A stretch of 20,000 nucleotides of DNA from Reclinomonas americana ATCC 50394 (GCA_048213135.1 PS015113.1:55964-75963), one strand, 5' to 3'; positions 1-12,701 are shown, counted from the stretch's first letter. Program-made: numbers and translations. The notes: a model not told the origin generated them from the letters alone.

Positions 1-16
1 TGTGTTGTGTGCGCAG

Positions 17-219
17 CGTTCCTCAGCAAGCGCAAGGAGGGCACAGTGAAACACTTTTCCAATGCAGGGTTTGGTGGACGCGGATTCAAGTTTGACGAGA
101 CGGAGGAGAAGGCGAAGCGTGAGGCGAAACGACGCGAGGCACGCGCGATGGGCTTGTTGACGGAGGAGGACGCCGAGAGCGACCACGAAGACGACAAGGG
201 TGGCGACGAGGACGGTGAT
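17..219 (+). CDS. DDX46: Internal exon of the DEAD-box RNA helicase DDX46/Prp5 (region after the helicase core); partial
   Basis: Acceptor ...gcgcag ends at 16. The exon reads FLSKRKEGTVKHFSNAGFGGRGFKFDETEEKAKREAKRREARAMG followed by an acidic tract. GFGG(K/R)GFKFDE is, from recall, the characteristic Prp5/DDX46 post-helicase motif. The exon runs into the gap at 220. Confidence 0.8.
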
Positions 220-431
220 NNNNNNNNNNNNNNNNNNNNNNNNNNNNNNNNNNNNNNNNNNNNNNNNNNNNNNNNNNNNNNNNNNNNNNNNNNNNNNNNN
301 NNNNNNNNNNNNNNNNNNNNNNNNNNNNNNNNNNNNNNNNNNNNNNNNNNNNNNNNNNNNNNNNNNNNNNNNNNNNNNNNNNNNNNNNNNNNNNNNNNNN
401 NNNNNNNNNNNNNNNNNNNNNNNNNNNNNNN

Positions 432-3400
432 CCGTCATGCAACTCTCCGCAGAAGCAGCGGCAGCAGCAGCGCCACTGTCGGTGGCTGATGCAAGCAGCG
501 CGCTCAGGTCGTCATCCTGTACACAGACAGGAAGAGTCAGTCATCGTTGCGAGACGTGGGTGGCACAGCACATGCTCCAACCGACCGAAATGTCTCGACC
601 GAGCACCTTGAACACGGCGCGCACGTCGTCACGCTGCAGCTTGCCACCGCATCCCACGGCCACGGTCGACACTGCATTGGCAATGCTCTGCGCCACCTCC
701 GGGTCGACCGAAGCCAGTGAGTTTGCGATCTGCAACGAGAGAGAGGAGTGAGATACGTAGAGGAGACTGTCCCTCTCGGTGCCACTCGACCAACCGTCGT
801 CTCAGCATGGCGCAAGCGATCGTGGCACAATTCGAGCAACGATCGATGCAACGTCAGCACGGCGCGGGCATTCTCCACAGCCAGCATGTCTTGCAAGTGG
901 TGTCGGGCATCGGTGCCGCTAAAGCTGTCGACGTACACTTGCAGTGCAGCCAGTGACCGTGTCAGATCGGGCGATTGCAGGTCGTGGATGCACAGCTGAA
1001 TCGTGTGCAGCAACAACTGCGGGAAAATGTCAAAGTGAGTGAGGGAGAGGCGCGCGACTTTCGTGTCTCGTGTCTCTCACCTCGACGTCGCCACCTATGG
1101 TCTGCAGCAGATTGGCGCGCACGGCGCGAATGCGACTCCTTGCGTGTGAGATGTGAATCTCTTGCTCCGTCTGCACCTCTTCGTCTGTGCACGACAATGG
1201 TGAGAAGCGAGACGGGGAGTGTACGACATCCATACCCACAAACCATCGTCATCGCTGTTGCCACGCATTCTCGCAATGCTGGCAATCGTGTCGTGCACCT
1301 GCCGATTCAGTTCGCCCGAGTCCCGCAGTGCTCCCTGCGCGAACGGTGGGTGATTGATAGGCACAATCAGTAGACTCTCGTTTGACTCGATCACCAACCT
1401 GCAGCTCGGCAACATGTGACTCTGATGATGCAGAGGATGACTCGGACGACTTGATGGCCTCGTTGAGGATCGCCACTTGCGCCAACACAACATCCTCCAG
1501 CAGAATCTGCAGCGGCTGCAGACGCTGGGAGTTGGCGGGTCGCGACGGATCCAGAATCGCCAGCTGATTGCGAATGTCCGAGATGCAGTGTGCCACCACG
1601 GCGCGCAAAATCCACTGGTCGTCGCCCGCACCCTTTTGCGCCGCAGCGAGAGCCGGTGACGCAAACTGGACAGGCACCAAAAGTACAAAGTTGAGTCACA
1701 AACACACAGAGTACGGGATCGAGAGTGCGATACATGCCTTTTCCAACTGGAGCAAAATCCGATTGCGTGCATCGACCAGCGCATCCGAAGCCCACTGTGT
1801 GAAGGCAATGTGAGCACAAACTACACGTTTCATACACGCAGTGGTGCGCCAATAACAAACCGATCGATCCATTTCGCACTCGGACTGCAAAAAATCGGGC
1901 AGCGCCGACCAGGCCGACTGGAAGCGGTGCCAGTGTGTGGCGAAATCCTGCGTCAACCGAATAACATCGACGGCGCTGGCCGGCTGCGTGGAACCAAACA
2001 GTTCGCGGCACCACTTCATCGTCTCGTCCGACACCTCGTCAAAGTCGTCGCGTGTGGTGGTCGTTCCTCGTCCGTGTCTCGCCTCGGCCGATCCGTTCGC
2101 ATGCCTGCGCGTTGTCGGCGAAGTATATGAGACACACTTTTGCACTTGACCACAGAAGCAATCTCCAAAAACACACGCACCCATTGTGCAAACTCTGCAC
2201 GGGCATGTGCTCCACTTGTTCCGCCAGCACCGCGAATTTCTCCTCCAGCACCGCCAAGTCAAGGTCTGCATCGGGCACAAAGACCGGCAACCCTCTCGAC
2301 GACCGATGATCATTGCCGTGCTGCAACAGCGACTGCATGCGCCACAGGCCGCTCACGGCCACTGGTCGACAATCGTGTGCAAATCGTCGCTGGAAGCTTC
2401 GAATCGCGGCAACATCGGCATCAGAGCCAGCACCACCATGTTGAGAGATTACCGCCCGGGACTCCTCACCCCACTGTTGCAAGAATGCTTGGAGCTGCAG
2501 TGCACATGAGACACATACGCGGAAGCACAGCTGGAGGCAAGAAAAAAGCAGCGCACCTTCTTGGCCACAGCCGTGTACGAGGGTGCAAGCTCAGTGGCTT
2601 CCACCAGCGTACGGAAATGGCGTGTGACCAGCTCGGCAGCACTGCGCTGTTGAGATGACAGGCCGTGTGCTGCGGGGGGTGGTTCAACGTACGAGTCGCG
2701 GACGGACTTCCGAAAATCCTTCATGGTGCGTTTGAGACCGACAACAAGATCGTGGCCTTGCAACTGTGTGCATATCATGCATGAGTCATGGTGGGGAGGG
2801 CACTCGTGACAAGAAGAAACGCGCACACACCAAGGCCTTGAGTCTTTCGATTTCGGCGAGTAACCGTCGGTTTTCCTCGCGCAATTCCTCAATCTCGGCC
2901 GACAGAGTGTCGTTGCCCGAGGCTGTCGACAGATGATGTCAGCACTATGCGTAATGCGCAACGAGCGACGCAGAAACTACGGACCTTGTGAGCGCAGGCG
3001 CGAGTTCTCGGTCTCGAGTTGAAGCACTTTGTTGGCGAGGTCTTCGAGTTGCTGCTTGCGCGATGCAGATTTCGCTTTCTTGCTCGCCTGCATCGCCTCC
3101 AGCTCTTTCTGTAGTCTCTCCACCAACTCCTGCGAGGCGATGTGCGTGAGAGGAATGCACATCATGTGGTGCCAGAGAGCTAAAGAGGGGAAAGGCTCCA
3201 CCTTCAACGGCAGCAGCTTTCGTTGGCTCTCCTCAAACTGGCCGCTGAGTGCAGCCAGCTGCTCCGTGTAGCGGGTGTTTTCGACACTGCACACAGACGT
3301 GATCAATGTCAGGTCAACGTCTCGGAACAAAAACAAGAGAGCTCCCGCCGAGACGCAACTGCAGTTCGTCCTTCTCCTTGCGCGTCTGCAGGAAGAAGAG

Positions 3401-5788
3401 AGAGTGAGGAGAGGAGACGACAGCAACAGAAGGCGAGCGGGGAGGATGCACGAACCGAGGTCAGCTGCTGCTGGAGAGACGTCACGGCGCCAACGAGCTC
3501 CGTCAATGCCGCTTCCTCGTCAGATGCGTGACCTGGCCTCGGACCGGCTCCTACTGCACTGCCGAGAGCCTCCAAGGCCGCCCGTTGTCGTTGCAGTGTG
3601 CCGCGTAGCGTGTCGCGCTCACTCGACACCTACGATGCACACGCAAATGTCAATTGAGAGAAGCAACACAATCGACAATATGAATGCAACACTCACCGCC
3701 GCCAATTGCGTCTCGGCTGCAGTCAATCGGGATCGCATCTGCACGTGTTTATGTGAGTCGACGGTGCGCAATGCAAACCTCGGTGAACATCCTCACCGCC
3801 TGCTGATCACCCGCAGAGCCGACTTGACGATCGCGCTCTGCCGACAACTCCCTCTCCAGAGCCGCAATGCGCTGATTCGCCTGCAGCAGACAACATGTCG
3901 GCAACAGCACACTCACACACACGTCTATCATAAACCACTACAAACCTCAGTCAAATGTGACGTGCAGTCAGAGCATGAACGCTTGGAGGACTCGAGTTCC
4001 TTTTGCAATCGCGCCACTTCCTCACCACCCTGCATGTCGATCAAGGATGAGTGTTGGTGCTTCACGCAGGACCTCGACGGAATGTGCAACAACTGACCTT
4101 GGAAACCTCGGCGTGCAACATGGAGGACGACTCAATTGCCTTTTGCAGCTGGCCCTCCACCTCCAGCAGCGTCGCGCTCGACACTGCCTCCTCGCGGAGC
4201 TGCGGCACACATACAGAGTATGTGAGCCAAGAGAAGGACACCTACGAGGAGACGGCAGCACGCGCGCACCTTGTCGAGCTCGACTTTCAGCTGCGAACAC
4301 TCGCCCTCCGACTCCAGCAATGCCTGCTGCAAATCACGAACGCGGGTCTCGGCCGAGTCGTTCTCTTCCGCGGAGCCCGCAGCGTTGTCACGCAGCTCGC
4401 TCAACTCCGCCTGCAACGACGCTCGCTCGGCCTGTCACCACTCCATCGCTCAGTATGCGAGAAGAAGGAGAAGAAGAAGAACACGGTTAAGTATGCGCAG
4501 CGCACCTGCAAGTCCACCACCTCCTTGGCCGCATCCTCCGCCTCTTGGCGTGCCTGCAGTGCAGCATCAGCCTCTTGCTCCAGTTGTTGCTTCCTGCAAC
4601 GAGGCGCGTGATTATGAGTGCGTGAAGGGAGAGACAGCAACTGATGATGTAAGTGCAGTGTGGCACGCAACAGCTCGGCCACCTCACGGCTACTGCGCTC
4701 GGCCTCGTAGGTCTTCTCGCCCGCCAATTTGCTGGCCTCGTCCAGCTTCTTCTGCACAGCATCGAGCTCCTGTCGCACCCGCTGCTCGGCCTGCCGGTGC
4801 GCGTCGACTTTTTGCGACAACTCGGCCTGTGTGCAGGAAGAGTGAGCAGCCGCCATTTCGGAAGGGAAATTGATCAATGATTCGTGCCGACGCAACAAGT
4901 CGACCATCGAATTCGGCCTTGAGTTCTTCTCGCACTCGCCGATCGGTCGCATCACGCTCCCTCTGCACAGCGGCGTCCACAGACGCGGTCGATGACACAG
5001 CCTGCACATCCAGCTGCGCTCGCAGGTCGGCCAGTTGCTTCTGCAACTCCTTGGTCTGCGACACCCATCGCATTGGTGAGTGCGACGCAGCACACAGACA
5101 ATCAACAGAGACTGACGCTCACCTGCGATGCTGCCTTTTGTTTCTCCTCTGTGAATGCCTCCTGCGTCCGTCGATGCGCTGCGTGCGACTCGTCGAGCTG
5201 TACTTGCAGCTCGGCGACCTTGGATTGCAGTGCAAACTCCTCCAATTGCGACGCCTCTGCCTGCTTCTTGTGATCGCGGCGCAAGTCGCGCAGCTCGCCC
5301 TGCGCGTCAGAAGTCAGCATATGGACCACTGCTGAAAGGTGGACATCTTGCGGAATCACCTGCAGTGCGTCGATTTCGGCGGACTTTTCCTGCAGGCGCG
5401 CACGCAGTTGTACCACGCGCTCATCCGCCGATGCCGATTGCTGCGCAACGGGCGTGTATAAGCGAGCAGGCTCGCTACTTGATCACCAAAACACACGCAC
5501 GCACCGCCTTTTCCGTCTCAGCGAGGCGCGCACGCAGGTCAATCACTTCGCGGCGCGTCACGTCCAACTCGCCGTGGAAGTTCTCGTAGTAACGAATCTT
5601 TTGCTCCAGCTCGTCGTTCAGCTTACCAAAGCGACGCCACTTGTCCTCCGCATCGGCGCGCCCTGCCACAGCCTCGTTCAACTGCCGGTCGTGTGCGTCT
5701 TGCTTGGTGCGATGCTTGTTCAGGTCGCGCATGTAGCGGTTCAGGCGGTCTTGCAGGGAGCTGTGAGGAGGGGAAAGGGAGTGAGGGA

Positions 5789-5843
<55 letters not shown>

Positions 5844-7850
5844 GAGGAGGAGAGAGAGAGACGNNNNNNNNNNNNNNNNNNNNNNNNNNNNNNNNNNNNN
5901 NNNNNNNNNNNNNNNNNNNNNNNNNNNNNNNNNNNNNNNNNNNNNNNNNNNNNNNNNNNNNNNNNNNNNNNNNNNNNNNNNNNNNNNNNNNNNNNNNNNN
6001 NNNNNNNNNNNNNNNNNNNCGACTGCGTTGAGCTACGAACGCAAGAGAGAGTGGGGCGTGCACAAAGGCGCACCTCATCCACCGGATACAGATCCAGCAC
6101 CGACTCCACAGTCTCGATCTTGCTGGCGGTGCGTGGCGATCGCATCGGCGAGGTGCGACGTGGGCTAGCCGCCGCACTTTCGCCAGCAGCTGCCCCGGCC
6201 GCCGCCGAGGAACTGCTGCCGCTCGACGACAGCAACGCGCGTGGTGACATCATCTTTGGCTGCTCGTAGCGCAATCCCGAGTGCAGCTTGCCGCGCACAC
6301 TCGAAATCACTGCCGAGGCGGCCGAAACGTCCTTCAGCCGATCGCGCGGAGACATGCCAGCCGGTCGCGGCTGCGACAACTCCAGCGTGCGTGGCGAGGC
6401 GGCCACAGTCGACAGACCAGCGGTGCGTGCTGCGCGCTTGGCGCGCTCCTCCGGTGTCCTGCCTGGTTTCGGCGCCTTGCTGGCCAAGAACGCAGCCGTG
6501 GTGCGCTCGGTGACCGACACATGCGGCTGATTGCCCCACATTGACTTCTTCTTGCGACCCGACACTGGGGCGGCGGTGGGCGACGATGCCTCGGATGGTG
6601 GCGCACTGGAGGACGGATCCGACGAGGCTGGCTCGCTGTCCGAGTCCACAGCACGCCTCGTGCGCGACAGATCCACTGCGACATGTAAGAGAGAAGGCCA
6701 ACGAACGAGAGGAACAGACTGCGGGGAGGCGACGCAACAAGTGGGAACGACTGGCGCGGCACGGGCCGGTACCGCCGTCACCTCGGGGGATGTTTTGCGC
6801 ACGGTGGGCACGGGCAGCCGCGATCGCGGTGATCCCATGCCCGCAGGAGCGGCAGGCGACGCCTGAGGAGCAGACGTCGGCTTGCGAGCTGGCGACGGCT
6901 TCACCGGCTTGGCCAGCGACGACGGTGGTGGACTGCCCATGGACGACAGTGCCAGCGCCGGCACGAACGACGGTGCAGACACTGGTGCCGAAGGCGCCCC
7001 GGAACTCACCGACGATCCATCATCGAGAATGCCATCATCGTCCAGGGCGTGCGAGTGGCGCTCCGATGCTGCTCGACAAGCAGGGGAAGAGAATGAGCAA
7101 CGACGAAAGCAGAGCTGCGCGTGCGCGACCAGCAACGCACATCCATGTGACATATCGCCCGACGCAGAGCGCTGATGCTGTTGAATCGCTGCACGACGAC
7201 GATCATCATCAGCAATCGCCTTCCCCCGTTCTGACAAGCACAAGCACACCCACACACCTCGCGCAAAATCCGCAACCACATCGCTCTCCGCATCCTCCGC
7301 AGCCGCCGTGACAGACATCGCAGGCGCACGAGGCGACGAGTCTGCCCATGCACAGAGAGAGAGACAGAGAGAGTGAGACAATGAACTGTTGTTTGAGCAC
7401 ATGCAACATGCACGCAACTCGTCTTGGGCACTGGCGGAGGCAACGGTGGAGGCGAGCGTGGAGAGAACTTGGGGACCGGAAGCCTTTACACAAGAGCAGA
7501 GTGAGCACGCACTCACACACAGACAGAGAGACACACACAGTGAGTGAGAGACCTCGATCCCGGCGATCTCAAATACGATGCCGATGCAGGCGACGATTTC
7601 GGTTGATTCACCAGCGCATGCAGCTCCGATGCAACTTGACGAACCTTTTGCAGCACACACACACACACATAAGACAGTGTGTGAGAGAGAGAGACAGAGG
7701 CAACACAGTGGGTGGAGTAAACGAAACTGCGTCGTCTTGTGACGAAGTTCGCCTGTGTGCGCGTGTGCAGAGTGAGCAATATGAGTGTGTGAGCGAGTGT
7801 GTGTGCGCGCGTAACTGCGGTTGTCGACCGCCGCTGTCTTGCTCAGCCAT
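432..7850 (-). CDS. Large multi-exon protein (more than 30 introns): Ser/Pro-rich disordered N-terminus, long coiled coil, helical C-terminal region ending in a degenerate EF-hand/calmodulin-like segment; 3' end lies in the gap
   Basis: Putative ATG at 7850 (MAEQDSGG). Exons join in one frame through GT(GC)-AG introns, e.g. 7342-7418, 6676-6738, 4827-4896, 4594-4671, 3287-3359, 1666-1737, 730-794, 517-585. The coiled coil spans about 5760-2830 (ELEQKIRYYENF, LQLETENSRLRS, IEELREENRRLLAEIERLK). The last exons read GGKLQRDDVRAVFKVLGRDIS|DDDLSALLA. Continuity across the gap 5864-6019 is assumed, and the first exons are less certain. Confidence 0.75.
5791..5862. repeat. (GA)n microsatellite, intronic, next to an assembly gap
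   Basis: Directly visible. Confidence 0.95.
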
Positions 7851-8067
7851 CTCTCCTTCAGTGAGAGAGAGAGAGAGCGGACCTGTCATGACCATCACAC
7901 GCGCGCACACACAGACGCACACACACGCATGCACAGGTGAGTAGACACGATGAGAGAGAGAGGACAGTGTGCATGTGGATGCACGCTCACCACAGCACAG
8001 CACGCGTACTTTGATAGAGGACAGTGGCTCACACTGTCACTCTCTGTCACACACACTTGCAAAGAGA

Positions 8068-9370
8068 ATGAGGACGCGCTTCTTGCCTGGTCTGCTGCTC
8101 GGTGTCTCAGTGATGGCCACATTAACTGTGGTGTTGCTCATGCCAAGAGAAGTTGAGTGAAAGAAGAGAGAGACAAGAGAGAGAGCGAGAGGCAAGAGGG
8201 AGAGAGAGAGAGAGACACACACACACACACACACATGCCCGCACAGAGAGAGAGGGAGGTAGAGAGATAGCTGTACCTCTCATACGCTTGTGAGGCTGCT
8301 CATTCCAAGAGCGTGAAGAGAGAGACAAGAGAGATACACACGCACGCACACTCTCTCTCTCTCACACACACACACATACCTGTGCCTCACACTCACTTGT
8401 GATGCTGCTCATTGCAAGAGAGACGCACTTGCACTCACCTTCTCTGATTCTCTCTCTCTTTGTGTGTGTGTAGACTTCTGGTTCTGCGCTGTGTTTGTGT
8501 GAGTGTTGTCGCGTGGAGGACTGCACTGTGGCGGTGAATGGGACGATTCCAGTGGATTCGTGCTCGGCCTGCTCCGTGTCCATGTGCAAGAGTCATGTGG
8601 TATGCAATGAGGATCGCAAGGCGCGCTGCATTGATCGAAACAATTGGTGAGGCGGAGAGGGGAAGAGAGGGGCGAGAGGGAGAAGGGAGGAAGCAGTTGT
8701 CGCTCCATTTCGTTCTTGTCCTCATTGTGTTGGTCTTTCGCGCTCTCTTTGTTGTGTGCTGCTGCTGGTTCTGCCTCGCGCTGCAGCATGTCATCTCGTT
8801 CTTCACACTCTTCTGTGTGTGCTGCTGTTGATCTTTGCTGGCTGTCTGCTCTATCTTCTGACTACTGCTTCTCGTTCCCTGTCTTATGCGTGCTTCTGGC
8901 TGTTTTCGCCCGTCTGCAGCGTGTGCTGGTCGTGGCCTCTCGTTCTTCACACTCTTCTGTGTGTGCTGCTGTTGGTGATTCTGCAATCTGTTTGCACGTC
9001 GTCTCCTTCCCTTCTACATCGTCGTCTGCGATCTTCCCTACTCTTCCTTCGTGCTCCATCTCATCCACTTCGTCGGCATGCTGCCCCTTGATTCGTCTTG
9101 TTCTCCTCGTCTGTGTCGGTCTTCACTCGCGATCCACTGCTGATTGACTGACTCCATTTTGCCTATCTCTCTCTCTCCATCGCAGGTGGTACCAGGTTTG
9201 TGTCATTGTCCACCCCTCCCTCCCATCCCTCTTGCTTTCTGTCGCACTCACCCCGGCACTGGCAGTTCGTGACCTACTCCTTCTTCGTCTCACTCGCCAC
9301 GCTACTGGTGGTCTCGGCGCTCAGCACCACACGGCTGCGCGAGAAACTCAAGTTGCCGCGTCATGCATGA
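8068..9370 (+). CDS. Small (123 aa) Cys-rich single-pass membrane protein with N-terminal signal peptide/anchor
   Basis: Exons 8068-8151, 8474-8646, 9186-9195 and 9266-9370 join in frame: MRTRFLPGLLLGVSVMATLTVVLLMPRE|TSGSALCLCECCRVEDCTVAVNGTIPVDSCSACSVSMCKSHVVCNEDRKARCIDRNNW|WYQ|FVTYSFFVSLATLLVVSALSTTRLREKLKLPRHA*. It has 10 Cys, an NGT sequon, a TM helix and a basic tail. Confidence 0.8.
8794..8974. repeat. Direct repeat of about 37 bp (2 copies) inside the 539-nt intron of the Cys-rich gene
   Basis: tctcgttcttcacactcttctgtgtgtgctgctgttg occurs at about 8794 and about 8938. Confidence 0.85.
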
Positions 9371-9390
9371 GAAGAGCCGCACGAACGCCT

Positions 9391-12300
9391 TCACTTACTG
9401 ACGCCACCACCGCTGCTGCTGCTGTCGTACTTTGTAAACTTGTTGACAATGTCTTCCACCACGGTGCTGATGAGTTGGGCGTCTTCGCCGTCCGTTGGCT
9501 TCTGGCCGTGACCGGCGGCCGCCACACGTCGTGCACGGTCCAAAATGTGTGAGGCGGCAGTGGAGATGGCAGCGAGACGCTCGTTGGTCGGCGCCGTGGC
9601 ACCCCACTGCACGTACTGATCGAGTGACCACTCCAGAGCCTCCATGGGGGTGGCATAGCTGTGGAGTGTGTGAGCGGCAGCGTAGAGATCGCACGCACGT
9701 GCAAGCACACGCAACATTTCGCGAGGAACACGTGACAGCAGGTGCTGACACACGGTGACTGGATGCAACAAGTTCTTGCTGACCAGCTGTGAGACGCAGA
9801 AAACGTAAGTCAGCATCGAGTCCTGCCACCTTTCGGCCGTCACTTAACGCACCTCGGGCATCTCCAATACGGCGCTCGTGTCGGTGAACAAGAGACCCTT
9901 GAGTGCTTTCAGCTCGACGTACTGCGGCCCGAGGGCCTTTGCACTGGCCAGCGTGCTCAACGACAGCTCACACTCGGACAGGTCGGCCGCCATCTGCAGC
10001 TTGATGTCCTCCCGACACGACGGTGCCGTGCTGAGCAGGCAAACAAAGTGTCGCAGCAGGTTTTGCGCCACGTACGCCAACGTGTCCTTGTATGCAGGCG
10101 AATTGCTGGCGACACAGTGAGCACGCAGCAAAGGATTCACAACACCCTGTGTGACCGTCACGTACCGATCGTACTCGGCCAAGTAGGCGTCGTGGAACAC
10201 AGTCACCTTCAGGCTAAAATCGTGCATGTAGCGCGAGCCCGACTCGCCCATGGTCACACCACTGCGTCGACACACGGTGAGAGTGAGTTGGAAGGCTCTT
10301 CCCGATACACACAACGCACCCCATATCCGAGCCGCTGTGCATGCGATTGAGCACGCGCGTCAGGGACTCCTCGGCGCGCTGCACAAGCGGCAACAGAATG
10401 CGCCGCTGCACTTTGGCGATTGGCGAGATGAGCCTGCTCACGTCCACATTGCTGCGGGCGCACGCGGCGTGCGTCTGCAGCGTCTTCACCAGTGCATCGC
10501 TGAATGCACCGAGCACGTTGAAGAGGTTGGCATTCTGACGCTGCGCCTGTGTCGGTTGCGCCACCACGGCCGCAGCAGCCGTGTTGCCGCCCTCCTCGGC
10601 CAGTGCATCCAACAGCATGCGTGTCGCATCGGGGCTGGTCACGATGCGCTCCTCTGCACGCACCAAAAAGTGATGCACAACGCGCGGCAGACCGGCCAGG
10701 TACGGTTCCACTAGCGACGGGCTCTCACGATGCACCGTGTCCAACTCGTGCTCCACCACCGTCAGCAGCGTTTGCACGTCGACAGAGAGTGGTATCTGCA
10801 CGGCGAGGTTGGCGGTGACTGCTGGACACGATCGACAGGCTGACACGCAACTCCTTGTGCAAATGTGGCGTCCACTTTGCTGCACAGATCCGTGACGCAC
10901 GTGTCAAAGTATCTGTGATCGTAGTTCACCAACAGGCGCCTCGTCCAGTCCGGTCCATCCACTGCCGCTCCCGAACTGTGAGACGAGGGGGAAGATGAGT
11001 GTGAGGGCACGGGGGGTGATTCACAGTGGTCCTCAAAAGAACGCACCTGCCGATTCCGCCACCGCTGCCACCACCACTGCTGTGGTCTGTTGTCGACGTG
11101 GTGCGCTCCGATAGCCGCGACTGCTCCACAAACTCATTGTGCAGCGACTCGACCACACGGTGGAGGGTGGGGTAGTGCGTCGACAGGGCACTGGACATGG
11201 GGTCATCTGCATCGAGAAGATGAGCTGCGTGTGTGAGCAAGCATCACGAGACTACACTGCGACTTGCCTTTCTGAGCAGCTGCGACGGCTCGTTGAATGG
11301 CTGACTCTACGACACGACGGAAGCGTCCAGTCATGGTCTCACCGGCGGCCTGAATCACAAGGTCAGTCAGCACAGTCATCCTTGATGGTATGCAGACGCA
11401 GACACACATGTCACACGCACATCGCCCTGCAGCACGGCCGCCAGAAACTGCGTGTGCGTGTCCGGATCGCGCTTCTTCTCGAGCACGCGTTCCAGCTGCA
11501 CCACGTGATAGAAAATCTCTCGCAGCGACTTGAACGCCTTCTCGATGCCAATCAGGAGGAATGTGAAGGCCGAGGAGAGGGTTCGGCCTTGCAGTTTGCC
11601 TGAGAGACGTGTGAGAGACAAGAAGAGCACAGTGCTCGTTGCATCGTTCCACAAACCAGTCGATGAGAACGCCACATCCAACAGACTCTGCACCGCCACC
11701 GTCTTCTGGTGGCACACATCACCGACCATGGTCTTCAACGCCGACAAGTTGAAAGCCACCTGCAACGCCGAGCCGACCTCGGACAGATTCTGCACCACGT
11801 GTCAGCCCTCGCAAAACTCCCTCACCGACGCCCGCTCGTCGTCCAACGCAACAGACACAGTGAGGGCGGCCTCCAGTGAATGCCGCGCGCGTTGCAGACA
11901 CGCCACTCGCACCGACTCCAACCACGGCTTCTCCACGACCACCACACGCACCCCATCCATGCTGACAACTCCCGCACCATCCACCGCCGCCATCGCATCC
12001 TCATCGGTGCCGGCCACCAAACTATCAATCTCCGCCAACACACGCGCCGCACGCGACACATCCTCCAGATCCGACTGCGAANNNNNNNNNNNNNNNNNNN
12101 NNNNNNNNNNNNNNNNNNNNNNNNNNNNNNNNNNNNNNNNNNNNNNNNNNNNNNNNNNNNNNNNNNNNNNNNNNNNNNNNNNNNNNNNNNNNNNNNNNNN
12201 NNNNNNNNNNNNNNNNNNNNNNNNNNNNNNNNNNNNNNNNNNNNNNNNNNNNNNNNNNNNNNNNNNNNNNNNNNNNNNNNNNNNNNNNNNNNNNNNNNNN

Positions 12301-12654
12301 NNNNNNNNNNNNNNNNNNNNNNNNNNNNNNNNNNNNNNNNNNNNNNNNNNNNNNNNNNNNNNNNNNNNNNNNNNNNNNNNNNNNNNNNNNNNNNNNNNNN
12401 NNNNNNNNNNNNNNNNNNNNNNNNNNNNNNNNNNNNNNNNNNNNNNNNNNNNNNNNNNNNNNNNNNNNNNNNNNNNNNNNNNNNNNNNNNNNNNNNNNNN
12501 NNNNNNNNNNNNNNNNNNNNNNNNNNNNNNNNNNNNNNNNNNNNNNNNNNNNNNNNNNNNNNNNNNNNNNNNNNNNNNNNNNNNNTGTGTGGAACGAAAG
12601 ACAAGAGTAGAGGCGAGGTGTGTGTGCGAGGGTAAGGACGAAGGGTAGGAGGCG

Positions 12655-12701
<47 letters not shown>

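Noticed and set aside
700-7900. Numerous + strand ORFs in the ORF track
   Set aside because: They are antisense shadows of GC-rich minus-strand exons, and the consistent splice signals here are on the minus strand.
8409-9160. Minus-strand charged ORFs with an in-frame TAG, suggesting stop-codon reassignment
   Set aside because: The region is the antisense of an exon and a CT-rich intron of the + strand Cys-rich gene. None of the conserved genes needs readthrough.
9270-9397. Extra terminal COG5 exon via a GTAAGT/GTGAAG donor
   Set aside because: The downstream sequence is the last coding exon of the + strand gene, and COG5 already has a stop at 9391.
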